From: a virus
Lineage: Duplodnaviria > Caudoviricetes
IMG/VR virus record: IMGVR_UViG_3300036760_000108
Location: 1-58,802 of that record
Reading direction: 5' to 3' (one strand)
Length of the DNA: 58,802 nt
Shown: piece after piece, positions 47,050 to 56,604 of the stretch
How the letters are laid out: each line of letters begins with the position of its first letter
Position numbering within the stretch: the stretch's first letter is position 1
Program-made: the position numbers and the translations under genes
Notes under the pieces: model-generated
What the model was told of the DNA's origin: nothing
What the model saw: the letters and a program-made list of their open reading frames with translations, nothing else
Database searches by the model: none

Positions 47050-47321
47050 TATAAAAGACTCCATTTTTTCGGTTTATACTTACAAATAACAATGAGCGAT
47101 ACAATATATACGCTCAACATGACCAATTCCATAACAAATCCCGCATAATTAGCAAATGTTGCTAGTCCTATAGCAGCAATAATCGCTTTAGCGATTTTAA
47201 GGATATAAGATGACGATGATACATCCTTGCTACGTTTTGTGTGTAGTATCTTGGTAATCTGCTTCCAATAACTAGCAGAATCAAGAAGAAGAGCTAATGT
47301 AACACAGATAGTCCCGATCAT
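47049..47321 (-). CDS. PQ-loop / SemiSWEET-like membrane protein
   Basis: 3 TM; QITKILHTKRSKDVS. Confidence 0.7.
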   Translation of the reverse strand: MIGTICVTLALLLDSASYWKQITKILHTKRSKDVSSSSYILKIAKAIIAAIGLATFANYAGFVMELVMLSVYIVSLIVICKYKPKKWSLL

Positions 47322-47536
47322 TTCCCTTCTCCTTCAGTCAAGTTTTGTTCTGGCAACTGAAACACTTTCTTTTGCTTAAACCGCTTTTTTGGAATCAAAT
47401 ACTCTTCATTAAACCATTTATCATATTTATATTCTTTCTCTAGTGTAAACCAATTGCGAACTCCAATACAAAGCTCTGCAAATAAAATTATGAAAAGCCA
47501 TATTGGTTCATAGTGACTAAACCATTCAAGGAACAT
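47318..47536 (-). CDS. Small membrane protein
   Basis: N-terminal TM. Confidence 0.55.
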   Translation of the reverse strand: MFLEWFSHYEPIWLFIILFAELCIGVRNWFTLEKEYKYDKWFNEEYLIPKKRFKQKKVFQLPEQNLTEGEGK

Positions 47537-48288
47537 TAGAACCCCCTATATTTCTCTATTAGTGCTTGGATAGCCTGTAATGATGTCAAACCACTAAAAC
47601 CTTGGTATGTCGGAATTGATAACGGTCCTGTCATGAATCGTGCCAATCCTATGATCCTACCCTTCGAATCAAAAACTCCTCCACCTGAGTTACCCGGAGC
47701 AATCACCAGGTCAGAGTAAATATCTCCTCCTAGTGATCCAGATACTATACCTGCAGTAACATACTTGTTGAAGGGTCCAGGGAAGCCTATTGTGAGCACA
47801 GATAAGCCCTTCCTGACACTTTTCCCTATTGTGGCAGCTCTGAACACCTGATCAGGGTTTATGACCCTTAAAAGGGCAATATCTCGCTTCTCATCGCGTC
47901 CTACCACGTATGCCAAGAGTTTTCCCTGTAATTTGTACCCTTTAATAGGTAATTTGCGTGTATCCCCATCCAGTGAGATCTCAGTCAAGGATGTTCCTTC
48001 GACCACATGAGCACATGTCACAATCAAGCCGTCTTTTGAGATAAAAACACCACTGCCATGCCCCATCCGACCAAAACCCACTCGTTTGGGATGGAAAGTG
48101 ATCTCAATTTCGCTTGTCATCTCAGGCACCATAGCATAGAGTGGACCAATAGGCATGACCTTTACGACACTCTGCAAAGTGGCACTTACAAGGTGCACTT
48201 GCCGATTATCATAATACGCTTTCAATACGTAAAATGAGATCATATTGATGAGAACGATACATGCACTTTGTAGGATTAGTTTTCTCAT
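47536..48288 (-). CDS. Trypsin-like (HtrA-type, no PDZ) serine protease
   Basis: GSGVFI, TCAHVV, DIALL, PGNSGG triad; N-terminal TM. Confidence 0.9.
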   Translation of the reverse strand: MRKLILQSACIVLINMISFYVLKAYYDNRQVHLVSATLQSVVKVMPIGPLYAMVPEMTSEIEITFHPKRVGFGRMGHGSGVFISKDGLIVTCAHVVEGTSLTEISLDGDTRKLPIKGYKLQGKLLAYVVGRDEKRDIALLRVINPDQVFRAATIGKSVRKGLSVLTIGFPGPFNKYVTAGIVSGSLGGDIYSDLVIAPGNSGGGVFDSKGRIIGLARFMTGPLSIPTYQGFSGLTSLQAIQALIEKYRGF

Positions 48289-48289
48289 T

Positions 48290-48547
48290 TTATTCACCCT
48301 CCGGTGGCACATAACTCCCACCTGTCGTAAAGGTACCAGGTTCACTAGGGAACCATTGCATGCCATCAGCAGTCCAACCTTCCACACTCGTTCCAACCGT
48401 CGTTATAACGAATGCCCGTCCACGCGCCAATCGAAGCATCTGCAAAGCCATGGCATCTCGCGCTGATACCAATCTATTATATAGCATGTCCGATAGGTCT
48501 TTGTCAAGGCTCAATTTAACCGCATCTACAAATTGAGGGGTTTCCAT
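48290..48547 (-). CDS. Hypothetical protein
   Basis: ORF in operon. Confidence 0.55.
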   Translation of the reverse strand: METPQFVDAVKLSLDKDLSDMLYNRLVSARDAMALQMLRLARGRAFVITTVGTSVEGWTADGMQWFPSEPGTFTTGGSYVPPEGE

Positions 48548-49017
48548 TATTTTGCCTCCCTGAACAACTTCGCTATAGCCTTAGCTTGTTTAAACAAAAG
48601 CCCATCTTCGGGAGTCGTTTGAAAGAAATGACCGATTCCTGGTTTAACTGCGATAGCAGCAGATTCATCATCGTCTATGATGACATATTTCGTAATCCCT
48701 GGATTATCTTCAAGCCACAAATTAATTTCATGTCCTCGATCTCCACTAAAAACAGCAGGGGTTTTACCAATAATCCTAGAAGCTGTCACACCATAGCTAT
48801 TTAGGATATTTCCCAATTCCACGTTTGTATGCAGTTTACGCCAAGTTGAAGAAATTACAATTTTAACAGAAGAATCCAGGTCAAGTATATATTGCAGATT
48901 GGAACAGGACACAGGATTAAGCGTATCGCTCACCTTGCTGTTCTTTCGACGAACCTCCATACGGAAACTAGCTTCCGAATTTAGGACACCATCAAAGTCT
49001 AGAAAAATTACTTTCAT
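48547..49017 (-). CDS. HAD phosphatase (Swiss Army Knife RNA-repair-like)
   Basis: FLDFDGVLN, IVISSTWR, RGHEI, YVIIDDD, DGL. Confidence 0.9.
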   Translation of the reverse strand: MKVIFLDFDGVLNSEASFRMEVRRKNSKVSDTLNPVSCSNLQYILDLDSSVKIVISSTWRKLHTNVELGNILNSYGVTASRIIGKTPAVFSGDRGHEINLWLEDNPGITKYVIIDDDESAAIAVKPGIGHFFQTTPEDGLLFKQAKAIAKLFREAK

Positions 49018-49952
49018 AAAATCTCCTGAGAGAATTGAGTAACGGTTTCTTTTTCAAATTGCTTCTCAAGCAGCATCTTCTTATAGTACTCTGGGAAACC
49101 ACCTGTGATAATACGTGCAATCTTAGGCCATGCTTGTTTGAAAAGCTCTTCTTTGATCTCCGCTTCACATTCCTTTAACACATCTACGTTGATCTCTTTA
49201 AGGAGTTTACCAATGTCAGTTGGAGAATCTTCGAGCTGTCCGGCTTCTTTAAGATGCTGAATGCTCTTATTCCATCGAGCTGGGGTCTTGTAGCTCAATG
49301 CCACTTTCTCAACAATCTCATTATGCGTTGGGTTGCTGGATTTCCAGTTCCCACCATGCACTTCTTTGAAGACCTCTGAGACATATTTACCAAATAGGAC
49401 CTTTTTGTCGATACCAAAAAGTCCATAGCCAACGGGTTTCACCACGACACCTTCAATTTTCTGGCCACCTAAGAAGCTCACCGTTTCTAAGAAAGCTTTG
49501 AGCTGTTCAGCGGATTCTACCATTCCTGTAAAAAGAAGAGGTACAACTTCTAAATCCAGTCGTTCTGCTTCTTTCACAACCTCTTCATAATGCAGGTAGC
49601 ACTCTTCTCCGTTATTCACGTCAAAAATCACGACATTGTGACGCGGTACACGGTCATAAGCCAACGTGTTGTGTTTAGGCCGGCACAGAACCTCTCCACG
49701 ATATGTGTAGCCGGGAGTCAATTGGTCTTTCAACGAATTGACATAGGTCACAGCATCTTTGAACAGCTTATCCGCCGTTTCCATGTACACAATAGCACCT
49801 TTTGACTTGGTGATGACTGTTCCATCTTCATCCAAACCAAATGAGAACTGTGAACCATCAACTTTCTCCTGCACATAGACTGGACCCACTAAAAGGCCAG
49901 CTACACATCTATGACCAAATGAATAGATGTGGGGATATCCATGAAGTTTCAT
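49014..49952 (-). CDS. ATP-dependent RNA ligase (Rnl2-like)
   Basis: EKVDGS, YRGE, IFDV, VPLL, EGVVVK, KYVSEVFKE. Confidence 0.85.
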   Translation of the reverse strand: MKLHGYPHIYSFGHRCVAGLLVGPVYVQEKVDGSQFSFGLDEDGTVITKSKGAIVYMETADKLFKDAVTYVNSLKDQLTPGYTYRGEVLCRPKHNTLAYDRVPRHNVVIFDVNNGEECYLHYEEVVKEAERLDLEVVPLLFTGMVESAEQLKAFLETVSFLGGQKIEGVVVKPVGYGLFGIDKKVLFGKYVSEVFKEVHGGNWKSSNPTHNEIVEKVALSYKTPARWNKSIQHLKEAGQLEDSPTDIGKLLKEINVDVLKECEAEIKEELFKQAWPKIARIITGGFPEYYKKMLLEKQFEKETVTQFSQEIL

Positions 49953-50747
49953 TTATTGTACCTCTCTAAGACGGTTCACACGATGTTCTTTTGTGAGTAT
50001 ATTAATGGGACTTCGAGGCCATTTACCACAGTCCAGACAACGATAGACTTGATACTTCCCAACCTCAGTGTGTGCATAACCTTTCTTAATGAGGCGAATA
50101 CTTCCGCAGCGGCACTGCATCTTCCCACCATTCCCAATCGGTGAGATATTCTGAGTCCTGATCCATCCTCGGACTTGATGATAATGCTCTTCCGTCGATA
50201 AAACATCATGTTTACAGTACGTTTCCATCTCTTTCCACGCATCGAGTTTATTAGCCATACATGCTTTCCATAGTTCAAAGCCCGGATACTTCTCATGCTT
50301 GAGCTTCTTGTATTTACTATCAACCAAATCCGTCTTATACGCAAGTTTGTGCGATGTGAAAGCAAACACTCGACGCTCTTCCGTCAAGATATCAGTGATC
50401 TTCACAGGTTTAAAAGGGGGCAGTCCATGAATCATAGCTCTAGCAGCTAATTTTCTGATATCAAAGGCTTTTACATTCTGTCCAATAATAACATCAGCTT
50501 CATCCATCAAGGAAGCAAGACCTTTGATAAGTGCTTTATCATCATAGATATCTCTTTTACCCCGATTGTCCATGTAGATAATCTCATTGGCTGGTCTTCC
50601 ATACCAATGAGCGGCCCAGGCACATACAGACCAGTCTCGTTTTAAAAATTCTAACGGAATGTGCACTTCACCGAGTGTCCATGAATAGACCTCGCAAGGG
50701 AAGTTTTCTATATCGAGCGTAAGAACTTTCAATGGCTCATTATACAT
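49953..50747 (-). CDS. RNase H-like/DnaQ-type exonuclease with Zn finger
   Basis: LDIE, GQNVKAFD, YCKHDV, CRCG..CLDC. Confidence 0.85.
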   Translation of the reverse strand: MYNEPLKVLTLDIENFPCEVYSWTLGEVHIPLEFLKRDWSVCAWAAHWYGRPANEIIYMDNRGKRDIYDDKALIKGLASLMDEADVIIGQNVKAFDIRKLAARAMIHGLPPFKPVKITDILTEERRVFAFTSHKLAYKTDLVDSKYKKLKHEKYPGFELWKACMANKLDAWKEMETYCKHDVLSTEEHYHQVRGWIRTQNISPIGNGGKMQCRCGSIRLIKKGYAHTEVGKYQVYRCLDCGKWPRSPINILTKEHRVNRLREVQ

Positions 50748-50758
50748 AAAATCTCCCT

Positions 50759-51043
50759 TTAATCCCAGTACGTTTGTTTACCATTTCGGATGAAATCAAT
50801 ACCACGTATAACATCATGTGTGTAGTTGATAACTCCCAACTTGTCATCTAACATACATGTTTGTCCATCCATCCAATCACCAAACTTATCAAACTCCGAC
50901 GGTGGCAAGCTCTGTTCGAGTAACGATGTCGAAAACCCATAAGCGTGATCAGGTTCCGGCAGCTTCAAGCGCTTAATGTCATTCAGGGTACTCATCTGCC
51001 ACTTTTTCTTCAAGTCCTTCATTCCCATCGGTGTTTTCTTCAT
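50759..51043 (-). CDS. Hypothetical protein
   Basis: FGDWMDGQT motif; start may be 50995. Confidence 0.55.
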   Translation of the reverse strand: MKKTPMGMKDLKKKWQMSTLNDIKRLKLPEPDHAYGFSTSLLEQSLPPSEFDKFGDWMDGQTCMLDDKLGVINYTHDVIRGIDFIRNGKQTYWD

Positions 51044-51443
51044 CAGGTTTGCTCCTTTTTAAATCTTGTTGTGCACCTTCGTGAAATATGCCGTCTGGTT
51101 GTAGGATAAATACCCTGAAACTACGTTTTCCATCAAGACGGAGCCATAATTCCACGGACTCATACTCTAAAGTCCAAGGAAAGACTAAAACTTGTTTCTG
51201 TTTGGCTGATTTCTGGGTCAGTGTGCTGACCTGAATCCATCGAGTCTTCTGACCAATCTTTTTTGCAATCAAATCAACACCAAAGATATCTCTTCCTGCC
51301 ATTATCATCTTCATGGCTCCGGTGTACTTGTCCCTGATCCACATCACCTTACGATGTTGGCCTTCTACCTGCCATCCGTTTGCTTCAAGAATGGTCTTGC
51401 ACTCCTTTTCATATTGGTTGCCCTTCTGAGTCGATTTCATCAT
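50979..51443 (-). CDS. Holliday junction resolvase (Hjc-type PD-(D/E)XK)
   Basis: KGNQYE...GWQV...DIFGVDLIA...IQV. Confidence 0.75.
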   Translation of the reverse strand: MMKSTQKGNQYEKECKTILEANGWQVEGQHRKVMWIRDKYTGAMKMIMAGRDIFGVDLIAKKIGQKTRWIQVSTLTQKSAKQKQVLVFPWTLEYESVELWLRLDGKRSFRVFILQPDGIFHEGAQQDLKRSKPDEENTDGNEGLEEKVADEYPE

Positions 51444-51592
51444 TTTTCTAACTCCACAGGTACTTCAATCACGATATGGGACTTGTCTTCGGCCCACCGG
51501 ATATAGATTTTTCTTCCTGACGGCGCTATCAACTGCATAGAGTCTGCAGGATAGACCCTATAGAACACATAAGACTCAGCATCTTTATTCAT
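51440..51592 (-). CDS. Hypothetical protein (50 aa)
   Basis: Read manually; coupled to polA and resolvase. Confidence 0.45.
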   Translation of the reverse strand: MNKDAESYVFYRVYPADSMQLIAPSGRKIYIRWAEDKSHIVIEVPVELEK

Positions 51593-53382
51593 TATTTAGC
51601 CTCAAACCAGTTGCGCCCGAATCCACCATTGGCGGTCAAAGGCACATCCAGTTTCACAATGTTATCAAGAATCTGTTTGATCTCCACCATAGCCTTTTCT
51701 GTCTGGTCTGGGGCTGTCTCGAAGTGCAATTCATCATGCACCTGCAAAAGAGGCATGTATCCCTTCGCCGTCGTTTGCAGCATTCCCAATTTGATGATAT
51801 CAGCCTCACTACCTTGAATGATATAGTTCACAGCTGTACGTTCTGCATGCATTCGCTCAAATATATTTCGACTATCAATGTCAGGTAACGGGATAACTCG
51901 GCCAAAGATAGTCTTCACACTCTTATGCACATGCGCTAGATTCTTAGTCCTAAAAACCCATCGTGCGACTCCTGGTAACCTAACCCAGTAAAGCTTGTAG
52001 AACTTTTCAGCATCCTCAAGGCTACATTTGGCAATCTCTGCAATCTTCTCAGGCATCGAACCAAATACGGCGCCAAAGTTTAGACATTTTCCTAGACTAC
52101 GTTCTTTCTTGGTGATAATCTCTTTCCCTAAGAGGATGCGGGCTGTCTCTTCGTGAACGTCTTTCCCATTTCGGAAGGCATTGAGAAGGACTGGCTCTTT
52201 TGTATAGTGTGCCAGAATACGGTATTGCATCTGGTCAAAATCGAAAACGACCAAATCCTTCCCTGCACTAGGAATGAATCCCGACCTAAGCGCTTTACCG
52301 GTAGTTTCCTCATCAGAATCTCCCGCCTTACTGATCTGCTGTAGATTCGGCTCTTTGGATGACAGCCGGCCCGTCCGAATACCCTTCCAATCACCTGACT
52401 GTTCATCCAGAGACACCTGACTGAACGTGGTGTGAATTTTAGGCATTGTCGGCAGCGCCAACCAGTTTTCGAGGAACGTACCAACCACTTTATTGATCTT
52501 TCGATATTCCAAGAGCAAGTTCACAAATTCGTCACTGCGGTATGGCTCCAAGGCTGCCTTATCAGCATTTTGAAGCTGATAACCGAAGGTATTCAGGGCT
52601 TCTTTTACTTGAATAGGACTTGCGGGGTTAAACTCATGCATATGAGCTTTCTTAGGACAGCTTTTCTTACATTTGATAACGTAATTTCTATCTGCCACAA
52701 GAGTACGTAGGTCCAGCAATAGAGTCGCAGCTTCACCACTGAATTCCTCCTTCAAAGCACGGAAATAATCCATGTCAACTGTTACACCACGCATTTCCAT
52801 TGCAAAGAGCAACTGCATGGTCGGCAATTCGATATTGTTGTAGTAGCCCCTCTGAGCCGGATTCATCATCTTGTCAAAATATTGATTCAACCTGAATGTG
52901 GCCACACAGTCATCTCCACAATAAGCAGCCACCTTATCAAGGTCCTGCTTGTCCAATGTGAGCTTGGCCCGCCCTTCACCAACCATTTCTTTGTATGTCG
53001 GCCATTCCATTCCCAGATACTCTTTGGCAAGGTCTTTTAAGCCGTGACTTTCCTTGGTGCTATTACGCACATAAGATTTCAACATCGTGTCATGAATCAA
53101 CTTTGACTGGTGGATTTCCACACCCCAAGAGCATAGTTGACGCGCATCAAACTTAATATTGTGCCCAATGAGACTAACAGAAGACAGAAAAGCACGCACG
53201 TCAGGACGAAGATCGGAATAATAGCTAACAGAACTGGAATCGCACATAATGCCGATACCAGTGAAATCACAACCCTCATTAGTTTCAACATCAATAACCG
53301 CAACCTTTCCTGTAGGTATTGTGGGTGGGTTAATAAGTAATTCAATACCATATTTATTTGGCCCCCAATTATAATTAGTCAT
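51592..53382 (-). CDS. polA: DNA polymerase family A with 3'-5' exonuclease
   Basis: DVET, HNIKFD, YCGDD; RTGRLSS..PNLQ, motifs A/B/C (DFDQMQYR, RSLGKCLNFG, QVHDEL). Confidence 0.95.
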   Translation of the reverse strand: MTNYNWGPNKYGIELLINPPTIPTGKVAVIDVETNEGCDFTGIGIMCDSSSVSYYSDLRPDVRAFLSSVSLIGHNIKFDARQLCSWGVEIHQSKLIHDTMLKSYVRNSTKESHGLKDLAKEYLGMEWPTYKEMVGEGRAKLTLDKQDLDKVAAYCGDDCVATFRLNQYFDKMMNPAQRGYYNNIELPTMQLLFAMEMRGVTVDMDYFRALKEEFSGEAATLLLDLRTLVADRNYVIKCKKSCPKKAHMHEFNPASPIQVKEALNTFGYQLQNADKAALEPYRSDEFVNLLLEYRKINKVVGTFLENWLALPTMPKIHTTFSQVSLDEQSGDWKGIRTGRLSSKEPNLQQISKAGDSDEETTGKALRSGFIPSAGKDLVVFDFDQMQYRILAHYTKEPVLLNAFRNGKDVHEETARILLGKEIITKKERSLGKCLNFGAVFGSMPEKIAEIAKCSLEDAEKFYKLYWVRLPGVARWVFRTKNLAHVHKSVKTIFGRVIPLPDIDSRNIFERMHAERTAVNYIIQGSEADIIKLGMLQTTAKGYMPLLQVHDELHFETAPDQTEKAMVEIKQILDNIVKLDVPLTANGGFGRNWFEAK

Positions 53383-53911
53383 AGTGAGGGCACACTCCTT
53401 TATTTTGTGCTTTTCCAAAATTACAATTCATACACAATATTTGAAAACGGTCTTTAGGCCAACCTTGTGCTTTTAAATCTTTTAATAAGCGTAAGCCCGT
53501 CACTTTTTTCCGATGTAAGTTTCCATCATTGTTCACATGATCTAGTGTCAAAAACTTGAAATTATTTTCTTTACAGCAATTACAGATAGTTCCGTAAACA
53601 CTAAACATTTCCCTTCTTAACTCTTTGAGTTTTTCTGATATCACACTATACCGTACTTTGTTGTAGTACTCTTTGTGCTTTTGTCGCTCTCGTACTGTGT
53701 TCTCTTTATAAAACTGTTTATTATAAGCTCGCTTTGGTTCAGGATTTTGTTTATTCTTTTCCTTCATTCTACTTAAAATACTGTTACGATGATTTAAATA
53801 ATATTTTTTATAATAGTTATGCCGTTTTAATTTCTTTTCAACACCGAACTTATCAGGACCGAATGTAATACGATTCGGTTCCGCAATAGTAATTTGTTCG
53901 TCTAAAGACAT
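53375..53911 (-). CDS. HNH endonuclease
   Basis: CNCC, LTLDHVNNDG, QILCMNCN. Confidence 0.85.
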   Translation of the reverse strand: MSLDEQITIAEPNRITFGPDKFGVEKKLKRHNYYKKYYLNHRNSILSRMKEKNKQNPEPKRAYNKQFYKENTVRERQKHKEYYNKVRYSVISEKLKELRREMFSVYGTICNCCKENNFKFLTLDHVNNDGNLHRKKVTGLRLLKDLKAQGWPKDRFQILCMNCNFGKAQNKGVCPHYD

Positions 53912-53959
53912 TATTAGCTCCTGAGTAAGTATACCATGAAAAGCTTGAAAAAGCAAGGC

Positions 53960-54487
53960 CTATTTATCCTTTTTTGTGAACTTATCAATGAGACGGGCAG
54001 CGGCTCCCGGCTTCGGACGGTTGTCAATCAGGTGTCCCGTCTCTAAAGCGTCAATAATGATCCCTACACAAGCTTTTGCATGGGCTAAATGTGGAAGCCA
54101 TGAATGTCCATTTTTGCAAGCCACTTTCGGATTAGCCAAACGCTCTTTGCAGCCTTCACAATTCTCTAAATCCTGATCCAAGTCAGCCCCGTCTTGGAAT
54201 TCCAGCAAGTGTCTCATGGCCGCTTCAAGGTAGATCATGACCTGCACACTCTTATCCCGCCAGTTGTACGGACCATACTTTTCAGCACCATTCCCCATTG
54301 CCAAGGCTTCATAAATCATCCCAGCCGGAGACACCAATGACAAACGAGGTTTCTTTGATCCAATCAAGTCCTTGGGATTTGTGTCATCTTTCACAGGGTC
54401 TAAAGGCATCGTTACACTCCTTGGATTATCAGTCGGAATTACACCAAATGGCTTGAACGTCACAATACAGCCTTCCATCTCGTTCAT
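53960..54487 (-). CDS. dATP/dGTP diphosphohydrolase (DUF5664)
   Basis: NPKD..G.KK..L, GAEKYGPYNWR, AAMRHL, HLAHA, DNRP. Confidence 0.88.
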   Translation of the reverse strand: MNEMEGCIVTFKPFGVIPTDNPRSVTMPLDPVKDDTNPKDLIGSKKPRLSLVSPAGMIYEALAMGNGAEKYGPYNWRDKSVQVMIYLEAAMRHLLEFQDGADLDQDLENCEGCKERLANPKVACKNGHSWLPHLAHAKACVGIIIDALETGHLIDNRPKPGAAARLIDKFTKKDK

Positions 54488-54684
54488 ATTACGTCGAATC
54501 CAGCCTTGCCCGGACCACGCTTCGGCGTCATACCGCTCAGAATCTCAAATGAGGTACTTGACAGAGAGTATGCTTTGCCATCGGTCATAATTACCTCGCA
54601 ATACTTTTCTTTCTCCTCAAGGAATAAAATGTTGTCAGGGTTAATAAATGCTTCTTTTCCATCCCATCGAAATATACGTACCAT
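54484..54684 (-). CDS. FlbD-like small protein
   Basis: FINPDNILFLEE...IMTDGK; AGGAG RBS. Confidence 0.55.
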   Translation of the reverse strand: MVRIFRWDGKEAFINPDNILFLEEKEKYCEVIMTDGKAYSLSSTSFEILSGMTPKRGPGKAGFDVI

Positions 54685-54813
54685 TTTAATCTCCTTTTGC
54701 CTCACCCGTCCCACCACAATCCGTACAATCTACGATTTCGGGACGGTTAATGATCCAAATTATGACACTTCCAGTCCCTTTACACCGATAACAGACCTTT
54801 TTAAGCATTTTAG

Positions 54814-55287
54814 TTAGTCCCACAGATTGAAGAAATACTCAATAAAATCTCCGCGCAGTTCATGTTTGAACTGAGTATAAAGTTTTCGACTATTTTTGTC
54901 ATAATCTTGAATTCTTTGACCAATCTCAAAAGTTTTTGCCATCTTCTCAAGCTTCTTATCCCAGCGTTTCACCCCAACACCTACCGGTGCCCCATGAGTC
55001 GTCTTTTTGAGTTGACGAAGCATCGGTGGCAAGATTGTGGTCAAAAACCGGTCAATACTCCATACATCCCTATCGGAATATCCTCGGTATCCACGTTGAA
55101 TGAACCATTTGGTATTATCGAATAGTTCAATAAAATACATATGAGGATGAACGAAGTAGTATGCATAATTGTAGCTACCACCTGGCAAGCTGTGAGCCGT
55201 CATGAACTTAGGCATCAATGCATAGTACAATTTGTGCCAGTATATACTCCCATCCTTTAAAAGGTATTTCTTAGGAACGGTCATCAT
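54814..55287 (-). CDS. Conserved phage hypothetical protein
   Basis: FIQRGYRGYSDRDVWSID...HGAP...FFNLWD. Confidence 0.7.
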   Translation of the reverse strand: MMTVPKKYLLKDGSIYWHKLYYALMPKFMTAHSLPGGSYNYAYYFVHPHMYFIELFDNTKWFIQRGYRGYSDRDVWSIDRFLTTILPPMLRQLKKTTHGAPVGVGVKRWDKKLEKMAKTFEIGQRIQDYDKNSRKLYTQFKHELRGDFIEYFFNLWD

Positions 55288-55531
55288 CAAGCTCCACCAA
55301 CTTTTCAAGTGACGTTGCAATCCGCTCCAAAAGCAAGAGAAGATGTGCATGAAACGGGTCCATATTCTTGACTACTTCAACGTTCATTTGTTCTCCGTTC
55401 CGCCTCTTTCATAATCTTTTCCATATCTACTGGGACTGTGAGACGTGCATTAATGGCGTCAATCGCAAGAGCTACCGCGATTTGACCAACAGATTCTGGC
55501 GCTCGACCAATAATGAGATTACTGAGACGGT

Positions 55532-55807
55532 TCATATATCTCCATTCTCTTTCCGCTTAACTTGTTCATAATCCATGACATAAATATTGAAGAAAACTTG
55601 CCATGCCAATTGCATTGCACAAATATGGTCCTGACTCATTGGCTTTGCAAAGTCATCAAACACCATTTTCTTGAACAGATTATGAGCTGTCGTCCATCGA
55701 GGTGTAGCCTTCCACGAGTCCACAAGGTACTTATAGTAGATGAAGCACAAATCACCTGGAATTGACTGATCCGGTGCTACACGATGGTCCTGCGTCACGA
55801 ATGGCAT
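55532..55807 (-). CDS. Conserved hypothetical protein (DUF6899-like)
   Basis: MPFV...R...GDL.F...YE..KRKENGDI. Confidence 0.6.
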   Translation of the reverse strand: MPFVTQDHRVAPDQSIPGDLCFIYYKYLVDSWKATPRWTTAHNLFKKMVFDDFAKPMSQDHICAMQLAWQVFFNIYVMDYEQVKRKENGDI

Positions 55808-56338
55808 CTAAATGACTTCCTTCATTCCATATCGGGTCTGCAGACTCCGTTGGTAGGCCACCCATTTAGGATAGCTCTTCTCAAGCATCTCTGTGCGCCA
55901 CTTGGCCAGCTTATCATAGGTGCCCCAGCGCTCCTGAATGATGTCAAAGGCCAGTTCAAGTGACCCAACCACAAGATCATCTTCAACCCGGCTAATCAGT
56001 CCACCCTTACCAGACCACACCCTGACCGTAGGCTTCCAGAGGCACCATCGAGAATACCCAACCTCATTAACTGACCCATCGGACATATTCTGGGTATGGA
56101 AGTCTAAGGTAATGTCAGCTTCTCGAATCATCTCTTTGTCTCTTTTCCAATACTCTTCAAGTGTATGTTGAAGAGTCATAGGAAGTATTTCATGTACCAT
56201 AGGCACCTTTTCTTCAAGCACAGGATTAAGAACTTTAAAATCTCGCTCTGCTCCCATTCTCACTAACATCTGTGCTTCAACAACCATTTCATCCATCATT
56301 CTGCCTGTCATCCTCTGGCACGTATAGATACTGATCAT
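55808..56338 (-). CDS. Nucleoside 2-deoxyribosyltransferase-like protein
   Basis: IY...MTG, VLNP, RDKEMIREAD, SDGSVNEVGY. Confidence 0.7.
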   Translation of the reverse strand: MISIYTCQRMTGRMMDEMVVEAQMLVRMGAERDFKVLNPVLEEKVPMVHEILPMTLQHTLEEYWKRDKEMIREADITLDFHTQNMSDGSVNEVGYSRWCLWKPTVRVWSGKGGLISRVEDDLVVGSLELAFDIIQERWGTYDKLAKWRTEMLEKSYPKWVAYQRSLQTRYGMKEVI

Positions 56339-56604
56339 TTTAACGCCTCCGCGCAAATGCGCCCTACCTCTTTCGCCAATTTCTCCTCTTTGGCGTCACT
56401 CATTTGCTTGTCCTTGCCATGAAAGGCAAAAAACACATGAGCCATTTCGTGAAAGAATGTATCAGACAGATTTTTACTCTTTCGGTGCATATCCACATTG
56501 ACAAAGATCGTGGCTGTATCTGTTGCCACATTGGAGAGTGCATACACGGTCTTTTCTTCCTTCGTGTGTGGCTTCCGATAGTCAAGGTGAATATATTTTA
56601 TCAT
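56335..56604 (-). CDS. Small HExxH metallopeptidase-like protein
   Basis: TFFHEMAH...EEKLA. Confidence 0.7.
   Translation of the reverse strand: MIKYIHLDYRKPHTKEEKTVYALSNVATDTATIFVNVDMHRKSKNLSDTFFHEMAHVFFAFHGKDKQMSDAKEEKLAKEVGRICAEALK

Noticed and set aside
51592-53956. Intron or intein splitting polA
   Set aside because: PolA motifs are contiguous in one ORF; the HNH gene is free-standing upstream
53960-54487. Z-genome (2-aminoadenine) pathway
   Set aside because: No PurZ or HD-domain DatZ recognisable; DUF5664 alone is insufficient
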